From NCBI GenBank assembly GCA_044226625.1, contig JBGAGQ010000025.1, positions 1 to 64,000 of the forward strand: 64,000 nt of DNA. Direction: 5' to 3'. Position numbers and translations under genes: made by a program. This document shows positions 46,332-56,413 of the stretch, in pieces (position 1 is the stretch's first letter; each line of letters begins with the position of its first letter). The notes under the pieces were generated by a model, which saw only the letters and a program-made list of their open reading frames with translations, was not told where the DNA came from and did no database searches. The DNA is from Thermoanaerobaculia bacterium (GTDB lineage Bacteria; Acidobacteriota; Thermoanaerobaculia; Multivoradales; UBA5704).

Positions 46332-47177
46332 ATGAAAGGTCTCTGGGGTGCGCTGGGGTACCTGTTGCTGAACGAGGACTACCACCGGGAATGCTGGGAA
46401 TTGGCGGCGGGGCGACGGAGCTTCGAGGAGCTCAAGGATCTGCGGGCGAAGCTGATGGGGGACGGCATTCCCCTGAGCCGCTACGAGATCATGGTGCTCC
46501 ACGAGATGATCACCCGCACGCGGTTCGACGACTTCTCGGGACCCGTCCTCGAGGTGGACGATCCGAATACCGACGAGAAGTTCGCGGCCGTGAGGCGCCT
46601 CTGGCCCTCCGGCGGTACGAAGGCGGTCACCGCTCACGATTTCCAGATGTGCTGCGCCGTGGGTCTGGCCGCCGTCGACACCCGGTTCCGCGACGTGCTG
46701 ATCGAAGCGAGCGATCCGTACGACGAGTTCTCCGGCTCCCGGCGCGTGCGCGACTTGCTCGAAAACCGGCCGACCGAATGGCCCGTCTTCAGCCTGTCGA
46801 ACGAGGGGCAGCTACGCGAGCTCAACCGTTTCTTCGGCGCGATGAAGGAGATGGTGCTGAACCCGCTCGAATCGTTCCACGAGATGACCTGGGTCCAGCC
46901 GCGTTTCGAGCCTTGCCCGCTCGGCGTGAGCTTCGACCCGAACGCCCGCTACGGCCACCTGTCGCATTCCGCCTATGAGCGGCTGCGCTGGGATCCGGCC
47001 GGACCGGGCGCCTGGGGCAGCCTGCTCGGCCAGATGCGCGAAACGGGGCTTCTGATCCAAGGTACTCCCTCGTCCCTTTCCGGCGGTTTGAAAGCCCTCC
47101 CCCCGGCGCGCGAACAGTTCGCCTTTCCGTTGCCCAGCACGCCGGTACTCGAGCTGCTGCCGGTCGTCGTTCACTGA
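46332..47177 (+). CDS. Hypothetical protein with a duplicated NHLP/Os1348-like helical motif
   Basis: GGAGG RBS; two similar segments, LWGALGYLLLNEDYHREC and MCCAVGLAAVDTRFRDVL. Confidence 0.6.
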   Translation: MKGLWGALGYLLLNEDYHRECWELAAGRRSFEELKDLRAKLMGDGIPLSRYEIMVLHEMITRTRFDDFSGPVLEVDDPNTDEKFAAVRRLWPSGGTKAVTAHDFQMCCAVGLAAVDTRFRDVLIEASDPYDEFSGSRRVRDLLENRPTEWPVFSLSNEGQLRELNRFFGAMKEMVLNPLESFHEMTWVQPRFEPCPLGVSFDPNARYGHLSHSAYERLRWDPAGPGAWGSLLGQMRETGLLIQGTPSSLSGGLKALPPAREQFAFPLPSTPVLELLPVVVH

Positions 47178-47322
47178 AGGTCTCGATCTCGTTCAGATTC
47201 TGCATCCCGCCCTCTTACCGGCCCGCGGAAACGCGGGAACCGGGGGAGGGCGGCCGTCCTATTGATCGCGCCGATAGGATCCTTCCTTCGCCTGGACGTG
47301 CATCGATCCTCAGGAGATCCAC

Positions 47323-47811
47323 GTGACCGAACCTGCCGCCGACATCCGCTGGCCCGCCGCCTTCGACCTCGCGACCCGTCCGGTGCGCGTCCACAACCAG
47401 CTCGCGATGGACGTTCCCGCCGCACAGGTCTGGGCCTGGCTGATCCGCGCTCCTCTCTGGCCGATCTGGTATCCGAACTCGCACGACGTCCGAATCGTCT
47501 CGGGCGACCCGAACGAGCTCGCGCCCGGGAGCCGGTTCCGCTGGAAGACCTTCGGCGTCGGCATCCGTTCCGAAGTGAAGGAATTCGAACGCGAGAGCCA
47601 AATCGGCTGGGACGCCCACGGCCTCGGCGTCTACGCCTTCCACGCCTGGCTGATCCGCGAGACCCCCACCGGCTGCCACGTCTTCACCGAAGAACGCCAA
47701 CACGGCTGGGCCGCGAGGGCGCAGGCGATTCTGATGCCGCAACGCATGTCCACCGGCCATCAGATGTGGCTCGAACGTCTGCGGAACTGCGCGGGTGGGG
47801 GTATGCCGTAG
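47323..47811 (+). CDS. SRPBCC/polyketide-cyclase-like domain protein
   Basis: VPAAQVWAWL....WP.WYPN, GSRFRWKTFG, V.EFE; AGGAG RBS. Confidence 0.82.
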   Translation: MTEPAADIRWPAAFDLATRPVRVHNQLAMDVPAAQVWAWLIRAPLWPIWYPNSHDVRIVSGDPNELAPGSRFRWKTFGVGIRSEVKEFERESQIGWDAHGLGVYAFHAWLIRETPTGCHVFTEERQHGWAARAQAILMPQRMSTGHQMWLERLRNCAGGGMP

Positions 47812-47832
47812 GGCTGCTGCGCCAGAGCTCGG

Positions 47833-48627
47833 CTAAGCGAGGTTCAGTGAAACCGCCTCCAACTCCGGCCGCTTCGCCGTTCGCCCATCTCCGGAGGATC
47901 GTCCCCAGAGGTGCCGCCAGGCCCACGGAAGGAGATGCCGGCCGCCCCAGGATACCTCGGCGGCAATTCTTCGGCCGATCCCTGGCGCTGGGCGCTCGGG
48001 CAGAGGATCTCCCCATGAGCTGTCGGTTCCCGGCAATCCCAGCGCGTGGGCGAGGCCTGCGGCGATCCGCTCGTGGCCGAGGGAGTTGGCGTGGAGGCGG
48101 TCGTCGCTCCAGAGGCGCGAATCGGACGAGACCGGGTGAGCGGCGAAGTCGACGACGATCGCCCCGGTCCGCGCCGAAACCTCGCGGAGCGCCTCGTTGA
48201 GCGCGAGCACGCGCGGTGCGAGGCGGCGAGCGAGCGGCAGCACGGGGCCGAGGTCGGGAAGGGTGAAGGTGAGGAGGGTGGCGCCTCCGTCGATCAACGT
48301 CCGCTGCATCCGCTCGAGATCTCGCGTTACCCCGTCGATATCGAAGTGCCGGGTGATCACGTCGTTGGTGCCGGCGAAGAGCGTCGCGAGGTCCGGCCGC
48401 ATCGCCGCGGCCCGGTCGAGCTGCCCTTCGAGGATCTGCCGCGTCTTCCTGCCTCGGATACCGAGGTTCGCGTAGAGGAGAGATCCCTGCGCGGCCGCCA
48501 CGTGCTCCGCGAGGCGATTCGCCCAGCCGCGAAAGCCGCCCCGGCCGTCCGGATCGATGAGCCCTTCGGTGGAGCTGTCGCCGATCGCGACGTATCTCTC
48601 GAAGCGGCGGGGGAGGGAAGCGCTCAT
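47833..48627 (-). CDS. SGNH/GDSL hydrolase
   Basis: GDSSTEG (block I), NLGIRG, AGTND, DRLH (DxxH). Confidence 0.9.
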   Translation of the reverse strand: MSASLPRRFERYVAIGDSSTEGLIDPDGRGGFRGWANRLAEHVAAAQGSLLYANLGIRGRKTRQILEGQLDRAAAMRPDLATLFAGTNDVITRHFDIDGVTRDLERMQRTLIDGGATLLTFTLPDLGPVLPLARRLAPRVLALNEALREVSARTGAIVVDFAAHPVSSDSRLWSDDRLHANSLGHERIAAGLAHALGLPGTDSSWGDPLPERPAPGIGRRIAAEVSWGGRHLLPWAWRHLWGRSSGDGRTAKRPELEAVSLNLA

Positions 48628-48823
48628 CGGGCGCAGAGGATACCGCGCCGCGCAGGTGCGGTTCAGGTAACCGGCAGGCGCTCGATCGCCGCCTCCCGGC
48701 CTCTGCTATCCTGCTGGCCAGCTCTTGCAACTCTACAAAGGAACCGCTTCCATCGAAGGGCGGCGGTTCGTCGGCTGCATCCCCTTCCTCCGAACGCCCC
48801 GATCAACGCTCAAGGAGACGCCC

Positions 48824-51800
48824 ATGGCCCCGATGCGCCGTCGTTCGACCTCGTGGATCCGGATCGCTCTCTTCGCCGCCGCGCTCTGCGCGTTCGGAGA
48901 CCTCGCCGGGGCGCAGTGCCCCGCGGCGGCACCTCCTCCGAACTGCCAGCCGATCACCGCGCATCAGGTGCCGCCGCGACTGCCGGGCGGCGGGGGAGGA
49001 AACCCGCCCGACGTCGTGATCAGCGATTGCCGGACGGTGCCGCCGGGGACCTATTCCTACGGCTTCGTCAACGTGGTCTCCGGGGGGACGCTGTACTTCG
49101 CCGACGCCGCGGGTGGGACGAGTCTGTACGCGAAGTCGATCCTCGTGCAGCAGGGAGGCTCGGTCCGCGCGGGCGCCTGGTGCCAGCCGTTCGGCAGCGG
49201 CGGAGGCAGGCTCACGATCGGCTTGTGGGGAGGCGATCCGTCGAATCAGGCGAAGACGAACGCGGCCGATCAGGGGATCGCTTGCAAAGACGCAGCAGGG
49301 CGGCCGGCGCCCTGCTATCCGCAGGATCGCGTGGGGAAGTTCTGCACCGGTGGCGACCTCACCGATCCGTGCTCGTCGGCGGGCCCGGGAGCTTCCGGCG
49401 CGAACGCGCGGTTCGAGGGTTACGACAAGGCTTCGCAGAATCCGAACGTGAGCCTGAAGCTTCATTTCGACGGCAACGATTTCGGCTTCAAGGCGTTCGC
49501 GGTCTCCTACGGTGGGAGCGTCGAGCTGTTCGGCAAGAAGGGCGTCGCCGACGCTTTCCGTACCGATCCGAACGCGCAGAAAGGGCAGCCGCGGATGTGC
49601 GCGATCCCGCCGGCGGGGCAGCAGTTCAATCCCCAGGCCTGGGCTAACCAGAGCGGCACGAGCTGGGCGCGGTTGAACGCGAGCGTCGCGCCAAATGCCG
49701 GGCAGCTCACGCTCGACCGGCCGGTCGATTGGAGCCAGGGCGATCAGGTCGTGCTCACGACGACCGATTGGCACGCGAGCCATAGCGAGCTATTGACTCT
49801 CAAGTCGGTGGCCGGAGCGCAGCTCAACCTCGCCGACGGCATGAAGACCCAGGCCGCCCACCAGGGGCAGATTTTCACGATCGATTCGAACGCGCTCAGC
49901 CACGACCCGGGCCACGCCAACAAATCGGCCGACGTGCGCGCGGCCGTGGGGCTTCTTTCGCGCAGCATCACCATCCGTTCGATGGGAGCGGCGTTCGACG
50001 CCGGGAAGGGCGTCCCCGTGGACTTCCCGCCCGCTGCGCAATGCGCGACCGACAAGCCGGAATGCTATTTCGGCGGGCACGTCGTGGTGCGCCAGGGGTT
50101 CGGCCGTTTCCAGCTCCAAGGGGTCGAGCTCTACCAGCTTGGCCAGGGGGGGCGGATGGGGCACTATCCGGTCCACTTCCACCTCGACAAGGACACGTCG
50201 TACACCAACGCGTTCGTCAAGGACAGCTCGATCTGGGATTCGAGCACGCGCTTCGTCGTGCTTCACGCCACCCACGGCGTCGAGATCGCGCGCAACGTCG
50301 GCTACCTCTCGGTCGGCCACGCGTACTACCTCGAAGACGGCTCGGAGATCGGCAACGCCTTCTGCTACAACCTGGGCGTCACGGCGCGCGCGCCGTTTCC
50401 CGAGTACTTTCAGGCGCAGGAGGCGAACAGCCCGACGCGCCGCTTCGTGCCGCCGATCTTGAACGAGGTGGGTGCGATCCGCGGCCCATCGAACTTCGGC
50501 CCCGGCTCGAAGTGCCGGCTCGAAAACCTCGACGCCAAGACCACGGTCTGCCGCTGGAAAGGGCCGGCGTGGGGCGACGACAGCTTCTGCCAGAAACAGG
50601 GAGAGACCGGCTGCTTCGAGGCGACGCGCTTCGCCTACGACCGGCCGACGATCGGCAGCGACGCCACCACCCCGGCGATGTTCTGGATCATGAACGCCGA
50701 CAACGATTTCGTCGGCAACCTCGCGGTGGGCGTTCAGGGCGTGGGCACCTGCTACTGGCCGCTCCATTCGAGCGTGAGCGGTCCGAGCCGGTTCCTCTCC
50801 TGGGCGAGCGACGGGGAGAGCTACGCCAACTTCAACAACGTGACGCGAGTGGCTCCCATGCGCCGGTTTCGCGGCAACGGCTGCTCGACCGCGGCTTACG
50901 CGATCATGATGGAGCGCGGCGCGGGCTTCCCCGACTCGTCCCGCCTTCCGGGCGAAGCGGGGCTCAATCCGGTGCGAAATCCCTACGGCGGACCGGACGC
51001 CGCGCCGCTGCCGGCCACCCACGACCGCTGGACGATCCACGACGAGCTTCTGCCGCGCGTGACCGCGAACTTCCAGGCGACCCGGAAGGGCTCCGGCAAC
51101 TGCGTGCCGAGCATGAAGGCGGGGGATCAGAACGCTTGCGCCACCACGGTGATCGATCACTTCACGACCTCGTTCAACTGGGCGGAGGTCAACGTCGGTT
51201 CGATCTGGCTGCGGCCGTTCCATTACCTCTTCTCGAACGGCGCCGTCACCGACCAGCTGTACGGCGGTCTCGGCTTCGTCTCCGGCGGCAGCCCCGAGCA
51301 GGCGCTCCCCGGTCAGCTCGCGATCTCGATGGACAGCCTGTTCGCGGGCTCCACGGCCGCCGCCGGCTCGAAGGACGCTTCGTCACTCGGCCCCGATATC
51401 TCCGGCGCGTCCGGCGCGCGATGCACGGGGAGCTTCTGCTCGTTCCCGAAGGACGGCGTCCCGTTCTTCGTCGGCAGCTTCCAGCCGAAGCGCCTGATGA
51501 CGATCTACGACGGTCCGTTCTTCGCCGACGGGAGCGTCTTCTGGGTCGACGAAAAGAAGGGAAATCCGTCCGCTTCGAGCGTCTACTTACGCACGACGCA
51601 GCCGTTCGAAAACGGCCAGATGCGCGTGGTCGACGCGGGCGTCGGCTGGAAGCAGCCGAACGGTTTCTATTACCCGCCGGTGTTCGGCTTCCGCAACAGC
51701 GGCTTCCGGCTCGGTACGACGCGCCACAACGTCGTCGATCAGTATGCGAAATACGTCTACGGCAACGGCACGACGAGCTTCAATCCGCAACCGATCCTCG

Positions 51801-52957
51801 GCGACGCGAGCTTCACGCCGATCGACACGCAGACGATCTTGAACGATCTCGACGGCACGCTCGACGGCGTCAAAGCGACCTCGGGCCCGGCGCGAAGCTC
51901 GGGGCTCAGCAACAACCATTTCTATGACACGCCCCTCACCGTCGCCCAGTGCAATTCGTTCGGCACGGTGACGATGCCGTTCGAGTTCGCAAGCACGTTC
52001 ATCGCGAAGCTCAACCTTCTGCCGCAGGCGAACGCGCAAGCGGCGACGGACGCGGGATGGATGGGGGCCAAGCCGACGGTCGCGGTCTATCGCCAGTTTC
52101 GGCTGTCGAATTCGGAGCCGGCAGAGGTCTGCGCCGGCGCCTCCGCGCCGATCTGCGGCGCAGGCGGGCAGACTTGCCGGCGCGGTACGTTCTTCATGGG
52201 CTCGAGCATCGGCCAAGGGATCGGCCTCACGGTGCGGGACGGCAAGTTCTACGTCGACACGGCGAGCGCGCAGCAGACGGGAACCTGTCTCGGCGCGACG
52301 AACGTCGGCTACCAGCCGGCCCGATTCGAGGCCAACCAGACCTACGCCATCTACAACCTGTTCGCGAACAGCGAGACGAAGACCACGTATCAGATCTACG
52401 TCGGTCCGAGCTTCGATCTGAAGAACGGCTTCCGTTGGATCCGCGTCCTGCCGCACGAAACCGGCGCGCCTTCCTACGTCGTGCGCAAGACCGACGGACG
52501 AGAGCCTACGTCCGCTGATTTGAAAGACGGCGTGCTCACGATCACCCTCGATCAGAACGTGATCGCGAAGTCGTTCGCCTTTGACGCCAACGACCCAATT
52601 CGTTGCCAGCCGCGGGACCTTTGCCAACCGGGTCCGGGCGGCTGCACGCCCGCGCAGCTCCCCGTGGGCTACGAGGGATTGAAACCGCTCGTCGATCGCG
52701 TTTGCCGCGACTGGGTGACACCCGCGAATGTGCAAGTAGGGGCGGGTAACGACAAAGGGCTCTACCTCGCCGAATGTCCGGCGGGCGGGTGCTTGGGGTT
52801 CGCCTTCACGCTCCCCGGGGATTTCGCGCCGAAGCCGTACGCCGAGGTGGGGCAGAAGCTCAGCGAGTGTTACCCCAAAGACGCGACCTGGAACCGCGCG
52901 GTGGTCGCGTCCGACAAGCAGAGCTGTCCGGTGCCGCAGGCGAGGTTTTGCCAGTAG
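48824..52957 (+). CDS. Large secreted G8-domain / parallel beta-helix protein (CEMIP/TMEM2-like), Cys-rich
   Basis: Signal peptide after AAGGAG RBS; G8-like GTLYF...SILV..GG; DWSQGDQVVLTTTD; VGLLSRSITI; GQGGRMGHYPVHFH; GHAYYLEDG.E. Confidence 0.8.
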   Translation: MAPMRRRSTSWIRIALFAAALCAFGDLAGAQCPAAAPPPNCQPITAHQVPPRLPGGGGGNPPDVVISDCRTVPPGTYSYGFVNVVSGGTLYFADAAGGTSLYAKSILVQQGGSVRAGAWCQPFGSGGGRLTIGLWGGDPSNQAKTNAADQGIACKDAAGRPAPCYPQDRVGKFCTGGDLTDPCSSAGPGASGANARFEGYDKASQNPNVSLKLHFDGNDFGFKAFAVSYGGSVELFGKKGVADAFRTDPNAQKGQPRMCAIPPAGQQFNPQAWANQSGTSWARLNASVAPNAGQLTLDRPVDWSQGDQVVLTTTDWHASHSELLTLKSVAGAQLNLADGMKTQAAHQGQIFTIDSNALSHDPGHANKSADVRAAVGLLSRSITIRSMGAAFDAGKGVPVDFPPAAQCATDKPECYFGGHVVVRQGFGRFQLQGVELYQLGQGGRMGHYPVHFHLDKDTSYTNAFVKDSSIWDSSTRFVVLHATHGVEIARNVGYLSVGHAYYLEDGSEIGNAFCYNLGVTARAPFPEYFQAQEANSPTRRFVPPILNEVGAIRGPSNFGPGSKCRLENLDAKTTVCRWKGPAWGDDSFCQKQGETGCFEATRFAYDRPTIGSDATTPAMFWIMNADNDFVGNLAVGVQGVGTCYWPLHSSVSGPSRFLSWASDGESYANFNNVTRVAPMRRFRGNGCSTAAYAIMMERGAGFPDSSRLPGEAGLNPVRNPYGGPDAAPLPATHDRWTIHDELLPRVTANFQATRKGSGNCVPSMKAGDQNACATTVIDHFTTSFNWAEVNVGSIWLRPFHYLFSNGAVTDQLYGGLGFVSGGSPEQALPGQLAISMDSLFAGSTAAAGSKDASSLGPDISGASGARCTGSFCSFPKDGVPFFVGSFQPKRLMTIYDGPFFADGSVFWVDEKKGNPSASSVYLRTTQPFENGQMRVVDAGVGWKQPNGFYYPPVFGFRNSGFRLGTTRHNVVDQYAKYVYGNGTTSFNPQPILGDASFTPIDTQTILNDLDGTLDGVKATSGPARSSGLSNNHFYDTPLTVAQCNSFGTVTMPFEFASTFIAKLNLLPQANAQAATDAGWMGAKPTVAVYRQFRLSNSEPAEVCAGASAPICGAGGQTCRRGTFFMGSSIGQGIGLTVRDGKFYVDTASAQQTGTCLGATNVGYQPARFEANQTYAIYNLFANSETKTTYQIYVGPSFDLKNGFRWIRVLPHETGAPSYVVRKTDGREPTSADLKDGVLTITLDQNVIAKSFAFDANDPIRCQPRDLCQPGPGGCTPAQLPVGYEGLKPLVDRVCRDWVTPANVQVGAGNDKGLYLAECPAGGCLGFAFTLPGDFAPKPYAEVGQKLSECYPKDATWNRAVVASDKQSCPVPQARFCQ

Positions 52958-52967
52958 GAGAGGGGCG

Positions 52968-53350
52968 ATGGGGCGCGCTTTCAGCGCTTGGGGATGGACC
53001 TTGAACGATGGGACCTCGGGCGTTGCCCTAGGCTATTATCGGACGCGCCTTTGGCGCTTAAGGCACGAGACGGGTCGATATTAAGTTCAACGTCAGGATT
53101 AGCTCCAACCGATCCAAGGGCCGAAGGCCCGCCTTACCTGGTTGAACATTGGGCGCGCCTTTGGCGCTCAAGGCCGAGGCCGAGCTGGCCTCAGGTACAA
53201 GCGCCGGATCATCGTGAATCGTAAGATTAATAGGAAGGGCCGAAGGCCCGCCTCATAATAGCCTAGGGCAACGCCCTAGGTCCTGAGGCGGCCCTCCCAA
53301 ACGATCGGCGGTCCCCCTCAACCAATCCAAGGGCTGAAAGCCCGCCCCAT
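52968..53350. repeat. REP/BIME-like nested inverted-repeat cluster
   Basis: ATGGGGCGCGCTTTCAGCGCTTGG (52968-52991) mirrors CCAAGGGCTGAAAGCCCGCCCCAT (53327-53350); GGGCGTTGCCCTAGGCTATTAT mirrors ATAATAGCCTAGGGCAACGCCC; AAGGGCCGAAGGCCCGCC and GCGCCTTTGGCGCT each occur twice. Confidence 0.85.
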
Positions 53351-53370
53351 CCCACCGACCGCGAGACTTC

Positions 53371-54435
53371 CTACTTCCGCACCTCGCCCAAAATCTTCCC
53401 TACCATGGCCTCCGCCGCGCACCGGTGCCCTCGCGCGTTGGGGTGGAAGTTGTCGACCTCGATCGGCTCGGGGGAGGCGTCGCGGCAGGCTTGGAAGGGG
53501 ACGATCAAATCGAGGTAGTGGAACTTGTGCTGGTCGGCGAGGCCCTTGGCGTAGGCGTGTTGGTCGCCGAGCGGGTAGGCGTGGAAGTTTTTGGTGAAGC
53601 GGGGGAAGACGGCGACGAGGACTTGGAAGCCGTTCTTCTTCGAAAGATCGTCGAGGACGCCGAAATACTCGGCCACGCGGTCGGTCGAGACGTCGGCGAG
53701 GAATTGCTCGACGCGTTTGGGATCGGCGGGGCCGCGGTGGGGCGGGAAGACGCGGTAGCGGAAGAAGCGGTAGATCGCGCTCGAGACGAGGTAGGGATTG
53801 GTCCGCGCGGAGGAGACGCCGCCGTGGCGCTGCTCTTCTTCGAGGAGCGTCTTGTAGATGTCGCCATCGATGTGCTCGCGGGAAGAGAGCGAGTAGGAGA
53901 GGAGCACGAGGTCGGGGCGATAGCGGAGACCTTTCTCCTTGAGCGTCTCGACCTCCTGCTGGGTGTTGTAGCCGGAGACCGCGAGGCTGATCACCTCGGC
54001 GTTCACGCCCTTCTTGCGGAGCTCTTCGCCGAGGATCGCCGGGAACGTGTCCTCGAAACGCTCGACCTTCAGGCCCGCGGCGATGCTGTCGCCGATCACC
54101 ACGATGCGGTAGACGCCCGGGGGCTTCGCGACTTCGTGATCGACGTCGCGAAAACCGAGACGATTGCTCGCGCCGAGATAGTCGTAGAAGGCCAGCCCTT
54201 CTTCCGGTTTTCCAGGTTCGGAGGCGTTTCCTGGCGCTTTCCCAGGCGTCTTGCCTCCTCCTTGGTAATCGACCGGCACCGGCTCGTAGCCGATCTTCGG
54301 ATTCCGCGCGAGGCGGAAGCGGCCGCGCTCGATCGGGTAGATCTTCGGCGCGGCGCCGAGGAGGCGCAGCATGCCTTCGGCGGCGAGCAGGGAAAAGGCG
54401 AGGGCGACGAGGGTGAGGGCGAGCTTCTTGATCAT
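53371..54435 (-). CDS. Membrane-anchored SGNH/GDSL hydrolase
   Basis: N-terminal TM + E..LR, NRLGFRD, IGDSIAAG, AVSGYNT, DNFHPN. Confidence 0.85.
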   Translation of the reverse strand: MIKKLALTLVALAFSLLAAEGMLRLLGAAPKIYPIERGRFRLARNPKIGYEPVPVDYQGGGKTPGKAPGNASEPGKPEEGLAFYDYLGASNRLGFRDVDHEVAKPPGVYRIVVIGDSIAAGLKVERFEDTFPAILGEELRKKGVNAEVISLAVSGYNTQQEVETLKEKGLRYRPDLVLLSYSLSSREHIDGDIYKTLLEEEQRHGGVSSARTNPYLVSSAIYRFFRYRVFPPHRGPADPKRVEQFLADVSTDRVAEYFGVLDDLSKKNGFQVLVAVFPRFTKNFHAYPLGDQHAYAKGLADQHKFHYLDLIVPFQACRDASPEPIEVDNFHPNARGHRCAAEAMVGKILGEVRK

Positions 54436-54464
54436 TCGGGCGGGCTTTCGACTTCGAACGGGTC

Positions 54465-55184
54465 TCAGGAGAAGGAGTAGCCGACGTCGGGGTAGAGCTG
54501 GTTGATCGCGAAACGGACCACCGGCGTGAAGACCGGGTCGAAGATCTTCCAGGCGATCATCATGCCGAACAGGGCGAGCTGCGGCTGGTGGAGGAATTCG
54601 AGATAGCTCTGGGCCGTCTTCTCCGACATGAAGAGCGGCGGCAGGGCGCTGCCATCGAGCGGTGGCAACGGCAGGAGGTTGAAGACGAAGAGGAGGATGT
54701 TGAGGGTGAAAAAAATCGACAGCGGCGAGGCGAAGGCGGCCGCGAGGCTACCGGGGACGGCCGCCTCGGTCAGGCGGTCGAAGCTGACCTGGTCGGGGGC
54801 GGCGAAGACGCCGCGGACGTAGCCGATGCGGATCGCGAGTCCGGAGAAGATCACAAGCAGGAGGTTCGCCGCCGGACCCGCCGCCGCCATGATCGCGGCG
54901 CGGCGGTGATGCCGGGCCGCCCAGGCCGGGTCGTACGGGGCGGAGGCCCAGCCGATCAGCGATTTTCCGCCGGAGAGGACGAGCGAGAGCAGCGGCGCCA
55001 CGACCATGCCGAACGGCGCGCGGCGGATGTGGGGCCACGGATTCAACGAAACCTGGCCGCCGTGGTAGGCCGTCGGATCGCCCATGCGGAACGCGGCAAA
55101 GGCGTGCCCCGCCTCGTGAAGGGTGGTCGAGAAGAGGAACACGACGAACCAGGTGAGGCCTAGGACGAGTTGGTCGGGCGTCAT
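54465..55184 (-). CDS. Site-2 protease (M50) family protein
   Basis: HEAGH, GDPTA, AAGPAAN, FNLLPLPPLDG. Confidence 0.9.
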   Translation of the reverse strand: MTPDQLVLGLTWFVVFLFSTTLHEAGHAFAAFRMGDPTAYHGGQVSLNPWPHIRRAPFGMVVAPLLSLVLSGGKSLIGWASAPYDPAWAARHHRRAAIMAAAGPAANLLLVIFSGLAIRIGYVRGVFAAPDQVSFDRLTEAAVPGSLAAAFASPLSIFFTLNILLFVFNLLPLPPLDGSALPPLFMSEKTAQSYLEFLHQPQLALFGMMIAWKIFDPVFTPVVRFAINQLYPDVGYSFS

Positions 55185-55399
55185 GCGGTGGATGGTATCG
55201 AATGCCGGGCGCGCGCGGGGCCGGTCCGGGCCGGCTCGCCTCGTTTCCGCTCCTCTCGTCCGTCTCCGGTGGGCGGGCCGTCGTGGCCGGCTCGAGTCCG
55301 AGCGGCCTTCGTCGAGAGCCCCCCGCGCTCCGGTTTTCGGCTATCCTCTATCGCGTCCGACCGTCTCGGGCGATCCGCCGTACCACGCAAGAAAAAAGA

Positions 55400-55744
55400 A
55401 TGAGTCGAGACCGTAGAAAGTACCGCCGCGTCGCGGCCGGCGTGCGCGTCCTCTACACGGGGGTCCAGGTGGAGCGATCGACCCGCGAGTACTTCGACGG
55501 GATCGCCCGCGATCTCTCGATCGGTGGGCTGTTCCTCGCGACGCGCCGACCGCTGCCGAAGGGAACGCTGGTCGACCTCGATTTCTTCATGGAAGGCGCG
55601 GAGGGCGAGCCCGTCCACGCCCGGGCCGTCGTGCGCTGGGTGCGCCGCTTCTTCCGGCCGCGCGGCATGGGCCTCGAGTTCGTCGACGTCGAAGGGCTGG
55701 GGGCGACCCGGCTCGAAAGCTGGATCGAGAGCGTTCTCGAGTAG
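55400..55744 (+). CDS. PilZ domain protein
   Basis: RRKYRR (RxxxR), DLSIGG (DxSxxG), GMGLEF. Confidence 0.85.
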   Translation: MSRDRRKYRRVAAGVRVLYTGVQVERSTREYFDGIARDLSIGGLFLATRRPLPKGTLVDLDFFMEGAEGEPVHARAVVRWVRRFFRPRGMGLEFVDVEGLGATRLESWIESVLE

Positions 55745-55800
55745 GGCAGGAGACGAGGCTCTTCGGGGCGAGGGGTTTGACCGCCTCGCCCCCACGTTGA

Positions 55801-56358
55801 TCAGGCCCGCGACAGGTACTTGTTCTCGCGGGTGTCGATGATGATCTTCACCCCCCGCTCGATGAACGGCGGCACCTGGACGACGAGGCCGGTCTCCATC
55901 GTCGCCGGTTTGTACGAGGAGCTCGCGGTGGCGCCCTTCATGCCGGGCTCGGTGTCGACCACTTCCAGCGTCACCGTGTTCGGCAGCTCGATACCGACCG
56001 GGTTCTGCTCGTAGAAATCGACCTGGATCACCGTGTTCGGCAGCAGGTACTGCATGGAGTCGCCGAGCGTTTCGTCGTCGAGCGCCACCTGCTCGTAGGT
56101 CTCCTGGTTCATGAAGTGGTGCCCGGAGCCGTCGGAGTAGAGGTACTCCATCTGGTTCGTGTCGAGGATGGCCCGCTCGACCTTCTCGGTCGAGCCGAAG
56201 CGGTGCTCGAAGCTGTTGCCGGTCTTCAAGCTCCGCATCTTGGCTTGGACGAATCCGCGCCAGTTGCCGGGCGTGACGTGCTGGACTTGCATGATGCGGC
56301 AGATGTTCCCCTCGAACAGGATGCACATGCCGACGCGCATTTGGGTCGCTGGAATCAA
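55801..56358 (-). CDS. efp: Elongation factor P
   Basis: HVTPGNWRGFVQAK, YLYSDG..HFMN.ETYEQ, KPA.METG..V.VP.FI, DTR...Y..R; TTG start with GGAGAG RBS. Confidence 0.95.
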   Translation of the reverse strand: MIPATQMRVGMCILFEGNICRIMQVQHVTPGNWRGFVQAKMRSLKTGNSFEHRFGSTEKVERAILDTNQMEYLYSDGSGHHFMNQETYEQVALDDETLGDSMQYLLPNTVIQVDFYEQNPVGIELPNTVTLEVVDTEPGMKGATASSSYKPATMETGLVVQVPPFIERGVKIIIDTRENKYLSRA

Positions 56359-56413
56359 AGCTCTCTCCGTTTCGGGTCCTGCCAGCCGATGAGGCCGGCC
56401 AGGGCCGGGATCT

